Positions 1 to 9,667 of a stretch of 64,000 nt of DNA are shown in pieces; position 1 is the first letter of the stretch; every line of letters starts with the position of its first letter. The translations under genes were made by a program, and so were the position numbers. The stretch covers positions 96,001 through 160,000 of the forward strand of contig CAWFKH010000004.1 in assembly GCA_963816355.1 (NCBI GenBank), in the 5' to 3' direction. The notes below the pieces were generated by a model. The model was not told the origin of the DNA, ran no database searches, and saw only the letters and a list, made by a program, of their open reading frames with translations. The DNA comes from an uncultured Gemmatimonadales bacterium. Lineage in GTDB: Bacteria > Gemmatimonadota > Gemmatimonadetes > Longimicrobiales > RSA9.

Positions 1-2
1 CC

Positions 3-269
3 GAGACCGCGATCCTGCACGGCCTGCGACGCGTGCTGCGCGGCCGCACGTCGCTCATCGTCAGCCATCGCGTCACCGCCGTCATGGAGGCGGACCGCAT
101 CCTCGTCCTCGACGACGGCCGCATCGTCGAGGAGGGCACCCACGCCGAGCTGATCGCGCGCGACGGCCTCTACGCCGCGCTGCTCCGCCGCCAGCTCCTC
201 AGCGAGGGCCTCGACGAGGACGACGAGGTGCCTGGCTCCTCCCTCGCCGGCGCCGGAGCCGGCGGCTGA
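3..269 (+). CDS. ABC transporter ATP-binding/permease protein (MsbA-like), C-terminal fragment at window edge
   Basis: Open from the window start; RTSLIVSHR...[25 protein letters not shown] is the typical ABC exporter C-terminus (H-loop). Confidence 0.9.
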   Translation, partial: ETAILHGLRRVLRGRTSLIVSHRVTAVMEADRILVLDDGRIVEEGTHAELIARDGLYAALLRRQLLSEGLDEDDEVPGSSLAGAGAGG

Positions 270-300
270 GCCGCCGACGCCACTCCGCGTGAAAACACCG

Positions 301-675
301 ATGACACCGACCGTGACGATCCTGCTCGTCGAGGACGAGCCGATGCTGCGCGACGCCTTCCGGCTCCTGCTCGAGGACGCCGGCTACGCCGTCCGCGAGG
401 CGGGCACCGCGGCCGAGGCGCTCGAGGCGGTCGAGGGCGGCGCGCCGTCGCTCATCCTGCTCGACCTCGGCCTCCCGGACCGGCCCGGCCTCGACGTCGT
501 GCGCATCCTGCGCCGCCGTGAGAGCACGCGCGCCACCCCGATCATCGCGCTGACCGGCCGCTCCGGCGCCGCCGAGGAGCAGCTCTGCCTCGAAGCCGGC
601 TGCGACCACTTCTTCGCCAAGCCGCTCGAGCCGCGCCGCCTCCTCAGCGCGCTGCCGCGCTTCCTCCCCGCGTGA
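301..675 (+). CDS. Single-domain response regulator (receiver)
   Basis: ILLVEDE, LILLDLGLP (phospho-Asp), IIALTG and FAKP receiver motifs; start may be 289 or 301. Confidence 0.9.
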   Translation: MTPTVTILLVEDEPMLRDAFRLLLEDAGYAVREAGTAAEALEAVEGGAPSLILLDLGLPDRPGLDVVRILRRRESTRATPIIALTGRSGAAEEQLCLEAGCDHFFAKPLEPRRLLSALPRFLPA

Positions 676-771
676 CGCGCCAGCGCGGGCCGCGCGCCCC
701 CGGCGGCCGCCCGCCCGCGGCCCCGCACGCCGCCGCCGGCGATGAGCCGACGACGACGAGCCGCCGCCTCG

Positions 772-1500
772 CTACAGCCTTTCGAGCAGGAACTTCGGCG
801 TCAGCCGGATGAAATAGGAGGAGAGCGTCGCGAAGCTGCCGGTGGCGAGCAGGAGCCCCGCGATCACGAGCACGGCGCCGGACGCCTTCTCGAAGACCGG
901 GATGAAGCGACGCATCCGCTTCGCGGCGTCGAGGAACGCGCCGGTCGCGAAGGCGGCCAGCAGGAACGGGATCGCGAGGCCGAGCGCGTAGCCGGCCAGG
1001 AGGAGCATGCCGCTGGCGAGCGTCGCGCGCGTCGACGCGTAGGTGAGCACGGCGCCCAGCACCGGCCCGATGCACGGCGTCCAGCCGGCGGCGAAGACGA
1101 CGCCGATGCCGACCGCGCCGAGGTAGCCGGCGGGCCGGTTCGCGAGCTGGAAGCGGCGCTCGCGCAGCAGCGCGCCGAAGCGGAAGACGCCCAGCAGGTG
1201 CAGCCCGAGAAGCACGATGACGGCACCACCGATGCGTGCGATCCAGTCCTGGTAGCGCAGCATCACACGGCCGAGCAGCGTCGCGGACGCGCCGAGCAGC
1301 AGAAACACGAGCGAGAAGCCGGCGACGAAGAGCAGCGCGTGGATCATCGCGCTGCGTCGCCGCTCGCCCTCGCTCAGCTCGTCCAGCGACATGCCGGTGA
1401 TGAAGCCGAGGTAGCTCGGCACGAGCGGCAGCACGCACGGCGACAGGAACGACAAGAGGCCGGCGAACACGGCGACCGAAAACGAGACCGAACCTTCCAT
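772..1500 (-). CDS. ccdA: Cytochrome c biogenesis protein CcdA
   Basis: AGLLSFLSPCVLPLVP and GWTPCIGPVLG motifs, multiple TM segments. Confidence 0.93.
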   Translation of the reverse strand: MEGSVSFSVAVFAGLLSFLSPCVLPLVPSYLGFITGMSLDELSEGERRRSAMIHALLFVAGFSLVFLLLGASATLLGRVMLRYQDWIARIGGAVIVLLGLHLLGVFRFGALLRERRFQLANRPAGYLGAVGIGVVFAAGWTPCIGPVLGAVLTYASTRATLASGMLLLAGYALGLAIPFLLAAFATGAFLDAAKRMRRFIPVFEKASGAVLVIAGLLLATGSFATLSSYFIRLTPKFLLERL

Positions 1501-3223
1501 GTCGGCTCCCGACGAGCGCGGATCGAAACGCCTGAGACGGGCGTTGTACCGCCTCTACTACCGCGCGAAGTACTTTCCGTTCGCCGCCGAGCGGCGCGAG
1601 CGGCACGAGGCGACGCAGCGCGGCTTCGTCGCGGTGCAGCTCGACGCCGTCGCGCACGAGGACCTGCAGCGCGCGCTGCGACGCGGCTACATGCCGAACC
1701 TGCAGCGGCTCATGGACCGCTCCGGCTACGACCTGCGCACCTACCCCGCCGGCCTGCCGAGCGCCACGCCCGCGGCGCAGGCCGCGATCTTCTACGGCAC
1801 GAAGAACCGCATCCCCGCCTTCCGCTTCTACGAGAAGACGGAGCGCCGCGTCGTGATCGGCTCCCAGCCCGCCTCGGTGCAGTTCATCCGCGACCGGCTG
1901 CCGGACGAGGGCATCCTGAGCGGCGGCTCAAGCTACGTAAACCTCTTCGACGGCGGGGCGCAACGCGCCGTCTTCACGCTCGCCGCGCGCCCCCACGCGA
2001 CCCTCTTCCAGAAGATGGGCGGCGGGCGGCTCCTGCTCCTGCTGATGATGCACCCGCTGCGCGTGCTGCGCATGGTGCTCGCCAGCCTGTGGGAGTACCT
2101 GCGCGAGGAACGCGACCGCGTGCTCAGCCAGATGCGCCGCCAGTCCACCTACTACTGGTGGTACCTGCCGCTCCTCCACATCGGAACCAACGTCGTGCTG
2201 CGCGAGCTGCAGACCCTCGCCGTCCTCCTCGACATCTATACCGGCGTGCCCGCCATCTACACCACCTACAACTCCTACGACGAGTTCGCGCACCACTTCG
2301 GCCCCTCCTCCAACACCGCGCTGAAGAGCCTCCGCGTGCTCGACCGCCGCATCGGCGAGATCCTCAAGATGATCCGCCGCCTGCCCGGCCGCCCCTACGA
2401 CGTCGTCATCCTCAGCGACCACGGCCAGACCCCGGCCATCCCCTACCGCGTCCGCTACGGCGAGACCCTCGGCGACACGATCGTCGCCGCCTACGCCCAC
2501 GGCGTCCAGGTCCTCGCCGGCACCGGCGACTACGGCCCCCCCGCCGAGGCGCTCGACTTCCTCATGCGCGAGCTGGAAGAGGTGTCCGCCACCTCCAGCC
2601 GCCCCGCCCGCCACCTCGGCCTGCGCTTCACCCGCTGGCTGCGCCGCGAGTACAACCCCTTCCCGCTCGTCGCCGAGACCGTCCGCCTCGCACCCCAGGA
2701 CAGCCTCGTCGTCACCTACTCCTCCTCCCTCGCCCACGTCTACTGGACCGAGCCGACCGAACCGCTGCCCCTCGACGCCATCCGCGCCGACCCGCAGCGC
2801 CGCGCCCTCTACTACTTCCTCGTCGCCCACGGCGGCATCGGCCTCGTCGTGACCCGCGTCGTCGACGGCGCCCACGTCGAGGGGAAGAGCGGCCGCGCCC
2901 TCGTCTCGCCGGACGGCGAGTGGGAGGTGCTCGAAGGAGAGGATCCGCTCGTCGACTACGCCGACGACGTCGACGCCCGCCGTGCCCTCGTCGCCCTCGC
3001 TCGCATGCCCAACGCCGGCGACCTCGTCCTCTTCGGCGCCTACGACCCGGAACACGACGAGTGCGTCTGCTTCGACGACCAGGTCGGCGCCCACGGCGCG
3101 CTCGGCGGCCGCCAGTTCCGGCCGTTCCTGCTCACGCCCCTCGGCTGGGTGCCGGACGGCCACGAGATCCACGACCCGCTCGACCTGCACCCGCTCTTCG
3201 CGCGCTACCGGGGCGGGAGGTAG
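1499..3223 (+). CDS. Alkaline phosphatase superfamily / type I phosphodiesterase-like protein
   Basis: VQLDAV, PSATPAAQA, YDEFAHHFGP, ILSDHGQ and GAHGALGG metal/nucleophile motifs. Confidence 0.8.
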   Translation: MSAPDERGSKRLRRALYRLYYRAKYFPFAAERRERHEATQRGFVAVQLDAVAHEDLQRALRRGYMPNLQRLMDRSGYDLRTYPAGLPSATPAAQAAIFYGTKNRIPAFRFYEKTERRVVIGSQPASVQFIRDRLPDEGILSGGSSYVNLFDGGAQRAVFTLAARPHATLFQKMGGGRLLLLLMMHPLRVLRMVLASLWEYLREERDRVLSQMRRQSTYYWWYLPLLHIGTNVVLRELQTLAVLLDIYTGVPAIYTTYNSYDEFAHHFGPSSNTALKSLRVLDRRIGEILKMIRRLPGRPYDVVILSDHGQTPAIPYRVRYGETLGDTIVAAYAHGVQVLAGTGDYGPPAEALDFLMRELEEVSATSSRPARHLGLRFTRWLRREYNPFPLVAETVRLAPQDSLVVTYSSSLAHVYWTEPTEPLPLDAIRADPQRRALYYFLVAHGGIGLVVTRVVDGAHVEGKSGRALVSPDGEWEVLEGEDPLVDYADDVDARRALVALARMPNAGDLVLFGAYDPEHDECVCFDDQVGAHGALGGRQFRPFLLTPLGWVPDGHEIHDPLDLHPLFARYRGGR

Positions 3224-3393
3224 CGGAGGCGGGCGCGGAGGCGGAGGGCGCAAGGGCACGGGCGCGGAGGGCGCGGCGAGGGAGGGGGCGGAAGGGGCGC
3301 GGGGACTGCTTGTCACGGAGAACGGGCGGAGGGGCGGAGGGGCGGAGGACACGGAGGAGGCGCTTTCTTGGAGGCTCCTCGCTGTTCGGTGTC

Positions 3394-3651
3394 GGTCCCG
3401 GCGGCGCCGGGCGACGTCAAAGCGCTCACTCGCCGGACCCATCCCGGCGTGGGGCACACCGGACGGCTCCGAGAGCGGTCAACTCCACCCCGCGCCCGAA
3501 GCCGCACCCTCGCGGGGCAATCGAGACCGCAGCTCGGGCGGTCGGATCTGCCCCGGATCAGAAATGGCGGCCGGCGGGGCTGAGTTGACGGCGATCACGG
3601 ACGGCGCGGAGCGGCCGTCGAGCGGGTTCGGGACGGGAGATCACGGCAGTC
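3394..3651 (+). repeat. ~260-bp dispersed repeat, copy A (copy B inverted at 23291-23552)
   Basis: Long shared blocks such as GGCGCCGGGCGACGTCAAAGCGC, GGACGGCTCCGAGAGCGGTCAAC and ATGGCGGCCGGCGGGGCTGAGTTGACGGCGATCACGGACGGCGCGGAGCGGCCGTCG. Confidence 0.9.
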
Positions 3652-3843
3652 TGTGGGGTAGCTGGCTTCCACGGTCACTCCGTGCCTCCGGCGCCCGCCC
3701 TTCGTGACCCCGCCCGGCCGCCCGCCCCGCCCCCGCCCGCCCCGCCCCCCCCCCCGACGCTCCCGGCGGTCGAACCCGTGTGAGGCAGCGAGGAGCCTTT
3801 TCCTGGGGGGGGTGCACCGCGGCCATGCTTCGCGGGGGGAGTG

Positions 3844-3892
3844 CGACATCTCGGCGGGGCGACATCTCGGCGGGGCGACATCTCGGCGGGGC
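3844..3892 (+). repeat. 16-bp tandem repeat x3 (CGACATCTCGGCGGGG)
   Basis: Read directly. Confidence 0.85.
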
Positions 3893-4206
3893 GGCTGCTC
3901 GGGGGGGGCGGCTGCTCGAGGGGAACGGCTGCTCGGCAGGGCGGCTGCTCCGGGGGGCCGCTGCCCGGAAGAAGGGGCCGGACGTTCTGATGCGCGGCTG
4001 CGAACGAACCGGCGGGCGCGCCCGGATTCCGGGCCAGGCACCGGCGGGCGCCGCGGCGCTACGTGTCCATCAGCCGCCGGGCCCAGCTGGATCGCGCCCG
4101 GACTCGGATTCAGCACTCGGTCGCATAGGTCTTCACCCGTCCGGCAGAGAAGCTACAGAACGTTCGGCACTTGACCCCCCACCCTCGACCAAGCGTCGCG
4201 CCCCCG

Positions 4207-4310
4207 GCCGCGCCGCGCAGCTCCCCGGCGACGCGTCCCCGACCGCGCCGCGCAGCTCCCCGGCGACGCGCCCCCGACCGCGCCGCGCAGCTCCCCGGCG
4301 TCGCGCCCCC
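4207..4310 (+). repeat. ~35-bp tandem repeat x3 (CCGCGCCGCGCAGCTCCCCGGCGACGCG...)
   Basis: Read directly. Confidence 0.85.
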
Positions 4311-4449
4311 AAACTTCTTTCTCCGTGTCCTCCGACCCTCCGCCGTTCTCCGTGACGAGAAGTCCCTCCGTTCTCTCCGCCCCCTCCCCTCCGCGCCCTC
4401 CACCTCCGCGCTCTCCGCCCCCTCCACCTCCGCGCCCTCCGCGCCCTCC

Positions 4450-6342
4450 TCACTCCCCGTTCGGCTCGAGGTACGTGTACCCGTCGAGCCCGTCGATGTA
4501 GTCCGCGATGAACGCGTTGGCGTCGTTGCGGCTCAGGCCCGGCGCCTTCTGCACCTTGCGGCGGAAGGTCGCGACGAGGTCACGCGCGTTGAACTGGACG
4601 TAGTGCAGGACCTCCGTCACGGTGTCGCCGTGGACGAGGTCGCCCAGCTCGTAGCCGCCGTCGGTGAGGCGCACGTGGACCGCGTTGGTGTCGCCGAACA
4701 GGTTGTGCAGGTCGCCCAGGATCTCCTGGTAGGCGCCGGTCAGGAAGATGCCGAGGATGTAGGGCTCGCCGCGCCGGAACGTGTGCAGCTCGAGGCTCGG
4801 CTTGGCGCGGCGCCAGCCGACGAAGCGGTCGATCTTGCCGTCCGAGTCGCACGTCACGTCCTGCAGCGTGCCGCGCCGCGCCGGCTCCTCGTCCAGCCGA
4901 TGGATCGGCATGATCGGGAAGAGCTGGTCGATCGCCCACGAGTCCGGCAGCGACTGGAAGAGAGAGAAGTTGCAGAAGTAGCGCTCGATCAGCGTCGCCT
5001 CCAGCTCCGGCAGCAGGTCCTCGTACTCTTCCGGGTCCTGCGCCGCGAGCGGCTCGAGCCGGTTCATGATCGAGAGGTAGAGCCCTTCCGCCGCCGCGCG
5101 CTCGCGCAGGCTCAGCACGCCGCTGATGAAGTGGGTCCGGATCTGCTCCTTCAGGAAGGTCGCGTCGTGGTAGACCTCGCGCAGGCTGCGCGCGTCGATC
5201 TCGCGCTGCGCCGCGGCCAGCTCGAGCACCAGCGGGTGGGCGTCCTCCGGCACGTCGTCGGCCGCCTCCACCACCTGCGTCTCGAGGTCGATCACGTTCA
5301 CCAGCAGCAGCGCGTGGTGCGCCGTCAGCGCGCGGCCGGACTCCGAGATCACGTGCGGCATCGGCAGTTCGTTCTCGCGGCACGCCTCCGCCAGCGTGTA
5401 GATGACGTCGTTGGCGTATTCCTGGATCGAGTAGTTCACGCTCGCGCTGGCCGTCGAGCGCGTCCCTTCGTAGTCGACGCCCAGGCCGCCGCCCACGTCG
5501 ACGTAGCTCAGCTCGACGCCCAGCGCGCGCAGCTCCACGTAGTAGCGCGCCACCTCCGCCATCGCGAGCTTGATGTTGCGGATGTCCGGGATCTGCGAGC
5601 CGAGGTGGAAGTGCACCATCCGCAGCGTGTCCAGCCGCCCCACCCGCTCGAGCCGTTCCACCACCTCCACGAGCTGCGGCGCGTTCAGACCGAACTTGCT
5701 CTTCTCCCCCGCCGACTCGGACCACCGCCCCGCCCCCGCCGTCGACAGCTTGATGCGCACCCCCGCCGTCGGCGTGACCCCCATCTCGTCCGCCACCCGC
5801 AGCAGGCTCTCCACCTCGCTCAGCTTCTCCAGCACGATCAGCACCGTGTGGCCGAGCCGCTGCCCCATCAGCGCCAGACGCATGTACTTCTCGTCCTTGT
5901 AGCCGTTGCACACGATCAGGTGGTCCGTCCCCTCCGTCAGCGCCAGCACCGCCTGCAGCTCCGGCTTGCTGCCCACTTCCAGACCCACGCCGTAGCGCTC
6001 GCCGAACGCGACGATCTCCTCCAGCACGTGCCGCTGCTGGTTCACCTTGATCGGATAGACGCTCGTGTAGGCGCCCTCGTAGCCGAACTCCGTGATCGCC
6101 GTGCGGAACCGCTCCGTCAGCGTCTCGATCCGCGTGCGCAGGATGTCGGAGAAGCGCAGCAGCAGCGGCAGCCCCACCCCCTGCGCCTTCAGGTCCATCG
6201 CCATCTCGAAGAGGTCGATGCCGCACGCCGCCTCGCGCGTCGGGTGCACCGTGACGTGACCCTTCGCGTTGATCCCGAAATAGCCGATCCCCCAGCCGTC
6301 CACGTTGTACAGCTCGCGCGAGTCCTCCGTCGTCCACGCCAT
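4450..6342 (-). CDS. speA: Biosynthetic arginine decarboxylase
   Basis: YPIKVNQ (PLP Lys), CNGYKD, HFHLGSQI, ESGRA, TCDSDG and GAYQEILGDLHNLFG motifs. Confidence 0.97.
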   Translation of the reverse strand: MAWTTEDSRELYNVDGWGIGYFGINAKGHVTVHPTREAACGIDLFEMAMDLKAQGVGLPLLLRFSDILRTRIETLTERFRTAITEFGYEGAYTSVYPIKVNQQRHVLEEIVAFGERYGVGLEVGSKPELQAVLALTEGTDHLIVCNGYKDEKYMRLALMGQRLGHTVLIVLEKLSEVESLLRVADEMGVTPTAGVRIKLSTAGAGRWSESAGEKSKFGLNAPQLVEVVERLERVGRLDTLRMVHFHLGSQIPDIRNIKLAMAEVARYYVELRALGVELSYVDVGGGLGVDYEGTRSTASASVNYSIQEYANDVIYTLAEACRENELPMPHVISESGRALTAHHALLLVNVIDLETQVVEAADDVPEDAHPLVLELAAAQREIDARSLREVYHDATFLKEQIRTHFISGVLSLRERAAAEGLYLSIMNRLEPLAAQDPEEYEDLLPELEATLIERYFCNFSLFQSLPDSWAIDQLFPIMPIHRLDEEPARRGTLQDVTCDSDGKIDRFVGWRRAKPSLELHTFRRGEPYILGIFLTGAYQEILGDLHNLFGDTNAVHVRLTDGGYELGDLVHGDTVTEVLHYVQFNARDLVATFRRKVQKAPGLSRNDANAFIADYIDGLDGYTYLEPNGE

Positions 6343-6346
6343 CGCC

Positions 6347-7276
6347 TTACCCGCGCCCCGCCGCCAGCAAGCGGTAGCCGATCAGCTTGTAGACCAGCTT
6401 CGCCACGAGGAAGTTCGACGCGTGCAGGCCCGGAATCGGCGCCAGCTCGACGACGTCCGCCGCCACCACTCGCCGCGACGCGAACACCTGCCGCAGCAGC
6501 TTCATCACCGGATACCACTGCAGCCCGCCCGGCTCCGGCGTGCCGGTCGCCGGGACCAGCGCGGGATCGAAGCCGTCGACGTCGAAGCTGATGTAGACGT
6601 CGTCGCCCAGACTCGACACCACCTCCCCGATCCACGCCTCGCCCGCGTGGATGTCGTCCGCCAGGAAGAGACGGATGTTGGACGCGCTCCGCGCCAGCTC
6701 CCGCTCCTCGCGCGTCAGCGAACGGATCCCCACCGCCACCAGGTCCACCCGCCCCATCACGCGGTGCATCACCGACGCGTGCGAGTACGGCGTGCCCTCG
6801 TATTCCGGCCGCAGGTCCGTGTGCGCGTCCACCTGCAGCACGCTCAGACGCCGCCCCTCCGCCGCCAGCCGCTCCGCCCACGCCTCGATCAGCGGCCCGC
6901 TGATCGCGTGCTCCCCCCCCAGCGCCACCACGAACCGCTCCCCCCCCTCCGCCAGCACCGCGTCGTACGCCCCGCGCAGCTGTGCCATCGCCGCCGCCGC
7001 GTCGCCCCGCGACAGCTCCAGCGCCGGCAGCGTCGCGATCCCGGCCCCGTACGGCTCCGCGTCCAGCTCCTGGTCGTACAGCTCGATGTAACGCGACGCG
7101 TCCAGGATCGCCGCCGGGCCGCCCCGCGTCCCGCCGCCGTAGCTCGTCGTCGACTCGTACGGCACCGGCAGCACCACCGCCGCCGCCGTCGCGAACGCCG
7201 ACGCCGCCTCGTCCAGCCCCAGGAACGTGTGCGGCAGCTCCCACGCCTGGGAGCGGAGCCGTTCCGGTAGCGTCAT
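6347..7276 (-). CDS. speB: Agmatinase
   Basis: GGEHAI, DAHTD and SFDVDGFDP..PATGTPEPGG ureohydrolase motifs; adjacent to speA; start placed at MTLPERL. Confidence 0.93.
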   Translation of the reverse strand: MTLPERLRSQAWELPHTFLGLDEAASAFATAAAVVLPVPYESTTSYGGGTRGGPAAILDASRYIELYDQELDAEPYGAGIATLPALELSRGDAAAAMAQLRGAYDAVLAEGGERFVVALGGEHAISGPLIEAWAERLAAEGRRLSVLQVDAHTDLRPEYEGTPYSHASVMHRVMGRVDLVAVGIRSLTREERELARSASNIRLFLADDIHAGEAWIGEVVSSLGDDVYISFDVDGFDPALVPATGTPEPGGLQWYPVMKLLRQVFASRRVVAADVVELAPIPGLHASNFLVAKLVYKLIGYRLLAAGRG

Positions 7277-7385
7277 CCGACCTCCGCCGTCCGAGTCACC
7301 TGCCTCCACGGATGCAATTAGGGGCCCCCTCCCGGAAGCCCCTTCGTCCCGTCCATTCGGCACGTCCCGCCCCGAAGGATCGGGA

Positions 7386-7865
7386 TTATACCGTCTCGAT
7401 CGGACAGGTCAACCCTTCCCACTCCAGACGCCGCCCCGCCGCCCGGCACCGCGCGCACAACCCGTAGATCTGCAACCGGTACCGCGACGGCTGGAACCCG
7501 TGCCGCCGTGCCACCTCCTCCTGCAGCCGCACCAGCGCCTCGTCCTCGATCTCCGTCACCGCGCCGCACTCCGTGCACACCAGGTGCTCGTGCACCGGCT
7601 GCTGACCGAACAGGTGCTCGTACCGCTTGAACCCCTCGCCGAAATCGTGCTCCGCCACCAGACCGCTCTTCACCAGCATCTCCAGCGTCCGGTAGATCGT
7701 CGCCTTCCCCGTCCGCTCCCCGCGCCGACGCAGCTGCTCCTCGATCTCCTCCACCGAAAGATGCCCCTCCGAGGCGAACACCACCTCCGCGATCGTCTCC
7801 CGCTGCTGCGTCACCGGCAGCCCCTGCTCCCGGAGATAGCGTCGAAACAGGTGGACGAACGACAT
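7386..7865 (-). CDS. fur: Fur family transcriptional regulator
   Basis: HLSVEEI, ATIYRTL, HEHLVCTECG and YGLCARC motifs; exact Fur/PerR/Zur subtype not resolved. Confidence 0.88.
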   Translation of the reverse strand: MSFVHLFRRYLREQGLPVTQQRETIAEVVFASEGHLSVEEIEEQLRRRGERTGKATIYRTLEMLVKSGLVAEHDFGEGFKRYEHLFGQQPVHEHLVCTECGAVTEIEDEALVRLQEEVARRHGFQPSRYRLQIYGLCARCRAAGRRLEWEGLTCPIETV

Positions 7866-7898
7866 CGTGCCTCCCCTGGCATCCGTTTCCAACAACAA

Positions 7899-8459
7899 TT
7901 ATCGATAGCGACTCCCGCCCGACCGCGCAACCGCCGGCGGAGACGAGCGCAACGACTCCAGCAGCGCCGCCCAGCGGATCGGGTCGCCGCCGAGCCGCTC
8001 GTGGCGAGGCGGATGGGCGGGGAGCGAGTCGTCCATGCGACGCAGCACGCCGTCGATCACGCGCGAGATGCGCTCGGGCGCCGCGGCGCCGTGCTCGCCC
8101 GTGGCGAGCTCGACCTCGAGGCGCCCCTTGCGGTCCCGGGAAGCGGAGTAGGACGCGGTGAGGATGCGTAGCAGCGGTCCGTCCTCGTCGACGGCGAGGA
8201 CGACGACGCTCGTCTCGACGCCGCCGGCGCGGCGGGGCGGGAAGATCCACACCTCCTGGATCGCGGCCACCGGGATCCGGTCGACGAAGCGTTCGAGGGC
8301 GCTCACGACGGGCGGCGTCTCGACGGGCGGCGTGAAGTCGGGGGCGTCGGCGGCGGAGGCGTCGTCGGTCACGACGGGCGGCGTCTCGACCGGCGGCGTG
8401 AAGTCGGAGGCGTCGTCGGTCGGGGCGCTCACGGGGGCGTCGTCGGTCGGGGTCCTCAC
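7899..8459 (-). CDS. Hypothetical protein with duplicated N-terminal DFTPPVETPPVV segment
   Basis: GTG overlaps the stop of the upstream DHH gene (GTGA); globular C-terminal part EVWIFPPRR..ETSVVVL. Confidence 0.7.
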   Translation of the reverse strand: MRTPTDDAPVSAPTDDASDFTPPVETPPVVTDDASAADAPDFTPPVETPPVVSALERFVDRIPVAAIQEVWIFPPRRAGGVETSVVVLAVDEDGPLLRILTASYSASRDRKGRLEVELATGEHGAAAPERISRVIDGVLRRMDDSLPAHPPRHERLGGDPIRWAALLESLRSSPPAVARSGGSRYR

Positions 8460-9667
8460 GCGGGCCGCTCCGCGTCGTCCTGGTCGGCGGGGCGCTCGGC
8501 TCCGCCTCCGCCGATCGCAGCGCGACCTGCATCGCCGCGGCGCTCGAGCAGCGCGCGCACGGCGTCGCGGGTGGCCTCGAGGACGCGGTCGCGCGCCCCC
8601 GGCAGCGCCTCGCCGACGAGCGCGCCGGCGGCCTTGATGTGGCCGCCGCCGCCGAAGCTGCGTGCGAGGGCGTTGACGTCGAGATCTCCGTTCGAGCGGA
8701 AGGAGACCTTGGTGGCGCCGTCGGCGGTCTGACGGAAGAGCAGCGCGACCTCGGTGTTCTCGATGGAGCGCGCGTGCTCGATGATGCCGTCGAAGTCGTC
8801 GGCGGTGGCGCCGGTGCGCTGGACGGCGTCGGCGGGTATGGTGATCCAGGTGATCGGGAGTTCGGGGTCCTTCTCGAGGCCCTCGAGCGCGTCGCGCAGC
8901 AGGCGCACGCGGTGCAGCGGCACGGTGCCGTAGATCATCCTGTACATCCGCTCCGGGTCGACGCCGCGCCGCAGCAGGTCGCCGACAATGGCGTGCGTGC
9001 GGGGCCGCGTGTTGGCGAAGCGGAAGGAGCCGGTGTCGGTGACGATGGCGGTGTAGATCGCTTCCAGCGCGGTGAGCGGCCACGCCTGCTCGCCGCCGCC
9101 CTCTTCCTCGGCGAGGCGGAAGAGATCGTAGATCAGCTCGCCCGTGGCGGAGGCGTCGGGGTCCCACACGCCGACCGCCTCGATCGGGTCCGGCGAGGGC
9201 TGGTGGTGGTCGATCACGACGGCGGGCAGCCGCTTGAGGGTCGGTGCGACGCGCCCGATGCGGCGCGGCTCGCCGGTGTCGAGGACGGCCAGCAGGTCGG
9301 CCTCGTCGAGCGCGCGGCGGCCGGCGGTGGTGGCGGCGTCCGCGATCTCGACGCGCGGGTCGGCGAGGAAGCGGAAGGCGGCGGGGTACGGCGTGGGATT
9401 GACGATCGCGACGCGGCGGCCGACGCTCGCGAGCCAGAGGCCGAGCGCGATCTCGGAGCCGGCGCCGTCGCCATCCGCGTTGACGTGGGTGGTGAGCGCG
9501 ATGCGCTGCGCGGCCAGCAGCCGCCGGCGCACCGCGGCGAGAGCGTCGCGCCGGTGCGCGGGCACGGCCAGCGAGACGGCGCGCTCGCCGTCGGCCGCGG
9601 TCGGCTCGCGGCGCCCGTCCGCGGCGGCGCCGGCCGTGGCCTCGCGGCCTGCCGTGTCGCCGCTCAC
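8456..9667 (-). CDS. nrnA: DHH family bifunctional oligoribonuclease / PAP phosphatase
   Basis: HVNADGDG, VIDHH, DTGSFRF and GGGGHIKAAG (DHHA1) motifs; start uncertain. Confidence 0.9.
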   Translation of the reverse strand: MSGDTAGREATAGAAADGRREPTAADGERAVSLAVPAHRRDALAAVRRRLLAAQRIALTTHVNADGDGAGSEIALGLWLASVGRRVAIVNPTPYPAAFRFLADPRVEIADAATTAGRRALDEADLLAVLDTGEPRRIGRVAPTLKRLPAVVIDHHQPSPDPIEAVGVWDPDASATGELIYDLFRLAEEEGGGEQAWPLTALEAIYTAIVTDTGSFRFANTRPRTHAIVGDLLRRGVDPERMYRMIYGTVPLHRVRLLRDALEGLEKDPELPITWITIPADAVQRTGATADDFDGIIEHARSIENTEVALLFRQTADGATKVSFRSNGDLDVNALARSFGGGGHIKAAGALVGEALPGARDRVLEATRDAVRALLERRGDAGRAAIGGGGAERPADQDDAERPA

